From positions 159,672 through 223,671 of the IMG/VR virus record IMGVR_UViG_3300008117_000011: a DNA stretch of 64,000 nucleotides. One strand, 5' to 3'. Shown piece after piece: positions 58,763 through 64,000 of this stretch; position 1 is the first letter of the stretch; every line of letters begins with the position of its first letter. Both the position numbers and the translations under genes were made by a program. The notes under the pieces were generated by a model. It did no database searches. It had not been told where the DNA came from and saw only the letters and a program-made list of their open reading frames with translations.

Positions 58763-60282
58763 TTACAATTGGATATTCTACAAGGAAACATAACCCAGAG
58801 TTAATTGAGTATTTGAAAAAAACTTGTGGTGGTGGTAAAAGGACCGAGGTCATTGAAAAGGTAAACGGTGGTGATAAAAGTTTGGCACAAGTTTACAATG
58901 AGATTTTAAACGAAGCACAAAATGATTTTGTTGTTTTTTGTCACGATGATTTGGAATTTGACACAAAAAACTGGGGTGAGAAGTTAACAAAACTTTTTGA
59001 GCGAAATCCAGAATATGGTATTATCGGAATTGCCGGAACAACGGATTTAATTGATGGTCGTTGGTGGACATTAAAAGAATCAATGACCGGAATTGTGTCT
59101 CACAAACACGAAGGAAAAAAATGGACAAATACATACTCACCGGATCAAGGGAATAAACTAAAAGAAGTTGTTGTTTTAGATGGTTTATATTTTGCTGTTG
59201 ATAAAAGAAAAATTAAAAATGGTTTTGATGAATCATTTAATGGTTTTCACTTTTATGAAATCCCTTTCTGTTTTGAGAATTATTTAAATGGTGTTAAACT
59301 TGGGGTAACAACACAGATACGAGTCACGCATATGTCAATTGGACAAACTAACCAGCAATGGGAAGAAAATAAAATTCAGTTTGAGGAAAAATATAAAGAT
59401 AAATTTCCGGTAAGATTAACAAATAATAAAACCATTGAGGAAAAATTAGTTATTGATTTTTCTAAAATTGGTATTGGTATGACAACATACAATGCTGAAC
59501 ATAGAATTAAACAATCTGCATTTACTGTTCCTAAATGGATTAAAAACTTTGTTATTGTAAATGATGGGACACCTTATGATAATTCTTCATATCCAGAACA
59601 AGCACACATCATCCAACACGAAACAAATCTATGTGTTGGTGCTGCAAAAAATTCGGCAATGCAATATCTTTTGGACCAAGGTTGTGAACATATATTTTTA
59701 ATGGAAGATGATATTTTAATTAAAGACGAAAAAGTTTTTGAGAAATATATTAACCATTCGTTAATATCTGGAATTAAACATTTAAACTTTGCTCTTCACG
59801 GTCCGGCAAACAAGAAAGGGTCCACCGGGTTTAAGACACTTGAGGATAGAAAAGATGTTGATGGTGAACCAAACCCAAGAATGATTATCCCGTATCCTGA
59901 AGGAGTTAAAATTGCGTTATACCCAAATTGTGTTGGGGCGTTCTCCTATTATCACAAATCAGTTCTTGACAAAATTGGTCTTTTTGATCCAATGTTTAAA
60001 AACGCTTGGGAACACGTTGAGCATACTTTTCAAGCAATTAAAAATGGGTTCCATCCTCCATTCTGGTATTTTGCGGATATTGAGAATAGTTGGGAGTACC
60101 TTACGGATATTCCAAATTCAATTCAGGAAAGTACAATAGCAAGAACTCCGGAGTGGAATGATAACTTTATAAAAGGTACTGAGTGGTATAAGAAAAAACA
60201 CGGAATTACACCAACAGAAACACCTTTAGTAAACCAAGAAGTTGTAGTTAACAACATCAAATACTTTTACAATAATAGATAA
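58759..60282 (+). CDS. Two-domain GT-A (GT2-like) glycosyltransferase
   Basis: YN..FCHDD..LDG..FDE..FHFY; second domain IVNDG, AKN, LMEDD, EHVE. Confidence 0.8.
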   Translation: MITIGYSTRKHNPELIEYLKKTCGGGKRTEVIEKVNGGDKSLAQVYNEILNEAQNDFVVFCHDDLEFDTKNWGEKLTKLFERNPEYGIIGIAGTTDLIDGRWWTLKESMTGIVSHKHEGKKWTNTYSPDQGNKLKEVVVLDGLYFAVDKRKIKNGFDESFNGFHFYEIPFCFENYLNGVKLGVTTQIRVTHMSIGQTNQQWEENKIQFEEKYKDKFPVRLTNNKTIEEKLVIDFSKIGIGMTTYNAEHRIKQSAFTVPKWIKNFVIVNDGTPYDNSSYPEQAHIIQHETNLCVGAAKNSAMQYLLDQGCEHIFLMEDDILIKDEKVFEKYINHSLISGIKHLNFALHGPANKKGSTGFKTLEDRKDVDGEPNPRMIIPYPEGVKIALYPNCVGAFSYYHKSVLDKIGLFDPMFKNAWEHVEHTFQAIKNGFHPPFWYFADIENSWEYLTDIPNSIQESTIARTPEWNDNFIKGTEWYKKKHGITPTETPLVNQEVVVNNIKYFYNNR

Positions 60283-60283
60283 T

Positions 60284-61048
60284 ATGATAGATTTTAAAGA
60301 TGTTACTTTCATTATCCCAATAAGATTTGATAGTGAAGACAGAAAAAGAAATTTTAAAATTACAATTGGGTTTTTAGAAAAAACATTTGATACCAACATT
60401 ATTGTGATGGAATCGGATAAAGAATCAAATGAAGAGTTTGTTAAATCTGTTTCTAATAAAGTACTCTACTTATTTGAACAAACTGAAGACACTTTATTTC
60501 ACAGAACTAGAATGTTAAATGTTATGACAAAAATGTCAAAGACAAATATTGTTGTTAATTATGATGTTGATGTTTTGTTTAAACCAGATCAATATATTGC
60601 AGCCCGGTTTGCACTTAATACCGGTATTGATTTTGCATTTCCATATTCCGGAAAATTCTATGACATCCCACCAAAGTATTTTCAGAACGTTGAGTCAAAC
60701 AATTTTGATACAATAAATTTAAATGAATGTACGTTATTTAACCCAAACTCACTTGGTGGTGCAATATTCTTTAATAAAGATGCATACACAAAAATTGGTC
60801 TTGAGAATGAGAATTTTATATCCTGGGGACACGAGGACTGGGAAAGAATTGGAAGAATTGAAAAGATGGGATATGGTATTTATAGGGTTGATGGTGTGTT
60901 ATATCATCTAACACATCATCGGACACATAATAGCTCTGGATCAAACCCAATGTACGCCCACAATGGTAATGAGTATAATAGAATTATGTCAATGAATAAA
61001 GAACAATTAACAGAACATATAAAAACTTGGAATTGGATTAATGATTAG
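60284..61048 (+). CDS. GT2/GT7-like galactosyltransferase
   Basis: YDVD, LGGAIF, ENENFISWGHED, YHLTH. Confidence 0.75.
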   Translation: MIDFKDVTFIIPIRFDSEDRKRNFKITIGFLEKTFDTNIIVMESDKESNEEFVKSVSNKVLYLFEQTEDTLFHRTRMLNVMTKMSKTNIVVNYDVDVLFKPDQYIAARFALNTGIDFAFPYSGKFYDIPPKYFQNVESNNFDTINLNECTLFNPNSLGGAIFFNKDAYTKIGLENENFISWGHEDWERIGRIEKMGYGIYRVDGVLYHLTHHRTHNSSGSNPMYAHNGNEYNRIMSMNKEQLTEHIKTWNWIND

Positions 61049-61808
61049 TGTTAGTTTAGCTGGTGGTCTTGGTAATTATATGTTTCAGATTGCTGCAGCG
61101 TATTCGTTAGCAATTAATAACAATGACAAATTAATACTTGACGAACAAAGAAGTGTTACCGTCCACAAAGGGATTTCTAACTACAAAAATAATATTTTTA
61201 GAAATCTTGAGTTTGACCAGGTAATTTATAATGGTCTTTACCAAGAACCATATTTTCATTATAAAGAAATTAATTATCGCCCAAATATCTTATTATCCGG
61301 GTATTTCCAAAGTGAAAAATATTTTTTTAAAAATAGAAATGAGATATTAAATTTATTTTCTATTGATGAGTTGAGTGAAAAAATAATAAAGGAAAAATAT
61401 AAAGACGTTAATTTTGAAAATAGTTGCTCACTACACGTAAGAAGGGGTGACTACTTAAAGTATCCTGGAATTCATCCTACTTGTGATTTAAAATATTATC
61501 AAAATTCTATTGACATTATAGACTCTGAAAATATATTAATTTTTTCAGATGATCTTGATTGGTGTAAGGAAAATTTAACCTTTGAAAATAAAAATCTGGT
61601 TTTTATTGATGGTAATCAAGATTACATAGATTTATACTTAATGTCTTTATGTAAAAATAATATAATTGCAAACTCAACATTTTCTTGGTGGGGAGCTTGG
61701 TTAAACAATAATGAAAATAAAAAAGTTTTTGCACCTAAAGTTTGGTTTGGGACAAATACTAACCATAATACAGAGGATTTAATACCAGAAAGATGGGAAA
61801 GAATATAA
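61041..61808 (+). CDS. GT11 alpha-1,2-fucosyltransferase
   Basis: GGLGNYMFQ, GYFQSEKYF, HVRRGDY, FSDD, NSTFSWWGAWL. Confidence 0.9.
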   Translation: MISVSLAGGLGNYMFQIAAAYSLAINNNDKLILDEQRSVTVHKGISNYKNNIFRNLEFDQVIYNGLYQEPYFHYKEINYRPNILLSGYFQSEKYFFKNRNEILNLFSIDELSEKIIKEKYKDVNFENSCSLHVRRGDYLKYPGIHPTCDLKYYQNSIDIIDSENILIFSDDLDWCKENLTFENKNLVFIDGNQDYIDLYLMSLCKNNIIANSTFSWWGAWLNNNENKKVFAPKVWFGTNTNHNTEDLIPERWERI

Positions 61809-62545
61809 AAGTAATAACACTTGGGACACTCCATAACGAGCTTTTTTTTGATAAAAAAGTTTCAATATCTTTTGATACAATAGCAAATACTTTAGACGCT
61901 GATTTAAATGTTCTAGTGCAGATTGAGCCACCATCAATTATGAATACAACACAAGCAATAATAAACAACCAAAATAAATTTAATGTAATTTTTACTTGGA
62001 ATAAGGATATACTTAATAAGTGTTCAAATAGCGTTTTATTCCCATTTGGTTCCTGCTGGATTAAGAATGAAGATCGGAAAATACACGAAAAAACAAAAGA
62101 AACTTCAATCATAGCATCAGTTAAACGTAAAACAATTGGACATAACTTAAGACACAACATTATACAAAGTAATCTTATTGAATTAGATTTATTTGGTAAT
62201 GGTTATAACCCAATTGAAAATAAAATTACAGCGCTTAAAGATTATAGATTTTCACTTATTATTGAAAATGAAAAAATGGATAACTGGTTTACAGAAAAAA
62301 TTATTGATTGTTTAGTTACTGGTACAATACCAATTTACTGGGGATGTCCAAACATAGGTGACTATTTTGATACTAGGGGTTTTATAATTATAGAATCTAT
62401 TGAAGATTTGGCAACTAAGAAAAATATGTTAAATGATGCAACATATTTTGAGATGTTACCATATATTAAAACTAATTTTGAGTTAGCAAAAAATTATACT
62501 GATTTTTGGTCAAGACTTGAGGGAAAAATAAAACTTTTAATATAG
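61793..62545 (+). CDS. GT10 alpha-1,3/4-fucosyltransferase-like protein
   Basis: YRFSLIIEN, WFTEKIIDC, GTIPIYWG. Confidence 0.85.
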   Translation: MGKNIKVITLGTLHNELFFDKKVSISFDTIANTLDADLNVLVQIEPPSIMNTTQAIINNQNKFNVIFTWNKDILNKCSNSVLFPFGSCWIKNEDRKIHEKTKETSIIASVKRKTIGHNLRHNIIQSNLIELDLFGNGYNPIENKITALKDYRFSLIIENEKMDNWFTEKIIDCLVTGTIPIYWGCPNIGDYFDTRGFIIIESIEDLATKKNMLNDATYFEMLPYIKTNFELAKNYTDFWSRLEGKIKLLI

Positions 62546-62642
62546 ATTAAATATGAATTTATCTGACGACACTGTTCCTATTAAGTAGGAAGACCACTTA
62601 AAAGATTGTATAAAAAAGGTTTAAAATTTAATATTAAAGTAT

Positions 62643-63335
62643 ATGAAGTTTTCAATAGTAATACCAACCTGGGAACAATATGGGTACGGTGTAAAATTCT
62701 TAAAACAACTATTAACATCTATTGGTACACAAACATATAATGATTTTGAAATTATAATTTCAGATCATAGTATAAATTCTGAAATTAGGGACTTGTGTTT
62801 ATTGTTTAAAGATTTAAATATTATCTACGTTAGAAACGAAAAAAATAGAGGTAATAGTCCGGCTAATTTGAATAATGGGTTAAAGCTAGCTAATGGTGAA
62901 ATTATAAAGATAATGTTTCAGGATGATTTTTTTATTAACAATGATTCTCTAAATTTAATTTATAATTTTTTTAACGAGAATTCTTGTAATTGGTTGGTCA
63001 ATGGTTGTTGCCACACGAAAGATGGTATTAACTATGAAAGATATATGATACCATCTTGGAATGATGAAATATTATACGGTGTCAATACAATAAGTTCACC
63101 ATCTGTGTTGTCATTTATTAATGATGATATCTTATTTTTTGACGAGAACCTAACAATGTTAATGGATTGTGATTATTACTATTCTCTTTATGCGCGATAT
63201 GGTTTACCTTGTGTATTACCAGATTATCTTATTACAAATAGAATGCATAAACACCAAATAAGTAGTCTATATAATAAAAACTTAAATGACGAAATAAACT
63301 TAGTTAAAAATAAAAATTATGAATTTAGAAAATGA
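62643..63335 (+). CDS. GT2 glycosyltransferase
   Basis: FSIVIPT, EIIISD, NLNNG, MFQDD, SPS, DCD. Confidence 0.85.
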   Translation: MKFSIVIPTWEQYGYGVKFLKQLLTSIGTQTYNDFEIIISDHSINSEIRDLCLLFKDLNIIYVRNEKNRGNSPANLNNGLKLANGEIIKIMFQDDFFINNDSLNLIYNFFNENSCNWLVNGCCHTKDGINYERYMIPSWNDEILYGVNTISSPSVLSFINDDILFFDENLTMLMDCDYYYSLYARYGLPCVLPDYLITNRMHKHQISSLYNKNLNDEINLVKNKNYEFRK

Positions 63336-63957
63336 TGGAGAAAGAATGGACATTAATTATTATAATATGAATTATAATAATTTTAACATATACCAAAAGT
63401 CACATTATAAAAGATACGAGATGGCTAAAACACAAGTCAAAGAAAATTATGTTGTTGGTGATATGGCATGTGGTTCCGGATACGGAAGTTTAATGTTATC
63501 AGAAATAAGTAAGGAGGTTTATGGTGTTGACATTGATCAAATAACAATTGACGAAATAACAAAAAGATATGAAAATGAAAAAAAAGTAAAATTTTATAAA
63601 AATAATTTACTTGATATTGATTTTGAAAATAAATTTGATTTAATTGTCTCTTTTGAGACTGTTGAACATTTTGATGAACCTGATATTGAAAGGTTAATGT
63701 TTAATTTTCATAAAGCTTTAAAGTCTGGCGGGACGATAATCTTCTCAACACCCTATAATCAACCTAAAACACCAGCTTCAATGAAGTGGCATAGAACTTT
63801 TTATATTGTTGAGGATAAGATGAATGAACTACTAAATGGTTATTTTGAAATTGAGAAGATTTGGTACCAAGATTATCAAACTCACTACTTAAAAGAAAAT
63901 ATTGATACTAAAGATTTTATTATCTGTAAAGCAAAAAAATTAGATAAAAATGGATAA
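63319..63957 (+). CDS. Class I SAM-dependent methyltransferase
   Basis: HYKRY, DMACGSGYG, GVDID, FDLIVSFETVEH, STP. Confidence 0.88.
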   Translation: MNLENDGERMDINYYNMNYNNFNIYQKSHYKRYEMAKTQVKENYVVGDMACGSGYGSLMLSEISKEVYGVDIDQITIDEITKRYENEKKVKFYKNNLLDIDFENKFDLIVSFETVEHFDEPDIERLMFNFHKALKSGGTIIFSTPYNQPKTPASMKWHRTFYIVEDKMNELLNGYFEIEKIWYQDYQTHYLKENIDTKDFIICKAKKLDKNG

Positions 63958-64000
63958 TACGGTTAATTTTAATCTCCAAACTATATGTGACGGACATCAT
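63950..64000 (+). CDS. Start of an ORF truncated by the window edge
   Basis: ATG at 63950 overlaps the previous gene end; MDNTVNFNLQTICDGH. Confidence 0.4.
   Translation, partial: MDNTVNFNLQTICDGHH

Noticed and set aside
56271-63957. Bacterial O-antigen or capsule locus, implying a host or prophage boundary
   Set aside because: No wzx/wzy/ABC exporter or integrase; genes are interleaved with phage-type dUTPase and exonuclease; no obvious compositional break from the virion genes
1-64000. Stop-codon reassignment (TAG or TGA), as in some huge phages
   Set aside because: Long genes are intact in code 11, TAG and TGA end genes at sensible places, and the observed breaks are frameshifts rather than in-frame stops
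1-64000. Eukaryotic giant virus or bacterial contractile injection system origin
   Set aside because: Sheath, tube, neck and tape measure genes together with a replicative polymerase, helicase and bacterial promoters and terminators indicate a tailed phage

Overview
AT-rich 64 kb segment of a large (jumbo/huge) myovirus genome, read in the standard genetic code; no rRNA, tRNA, CRISPR array or IS element was recognised. 1-19.3 kb is a T4-like contractile tail module on the minus strand: a >1336 aa baseplate protein missing from the ORF track, a LysM/gpX-like wedge protein, a 1703 aa baseplate protein with an OmpA-like domain, tape measure, gp26-like chaperone, tube, a HAD enzyme, sheath, and gp15/gp14-like proteins. 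19.3-27.7 kb holds an SNF2/HARP helicase, a peptidase-SOD-nuclease fusion, a gp13-like neck protein and a family B DNA polymerase. 27.8-53.5 kb is a block of Ser/Thr/Gly/Pro-rich fibre and virion genes, including a ~1120 aa Gly-Thr-Ser collagen-like fibre, with glycosyltransferase genes embedded in it (HtrL-like, GT60, GT4/methyltransferase/GT25, TibC-like heptosyltransferase/FkbM). 53.5-64 kb holds small proteins including a WYL protein, then a sigma70-driven cluster of GT4, exonuclease, dUTPase, GT2, GT7, GT11, GT10, GT2 and a methyltransferase. Best candidates for new biology: (1) a phage-encoded protein O-glycosylation system with the enzymes beside their putative virion acceptors; (2) L/I-x-E-punctuated, possibly capsid-packaged cargo proteins such as the peptidase-SOD-nuclease fusion; (3) a probable +1 frameshift at UUU_CGG in the tail chaperone; (4) a TATTTAT(A/T) putative late promoter. 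Three other frame breaks in virion genes may be assembly artefacts. All family calls come from motifs and gene order read by eye, not from database searches.
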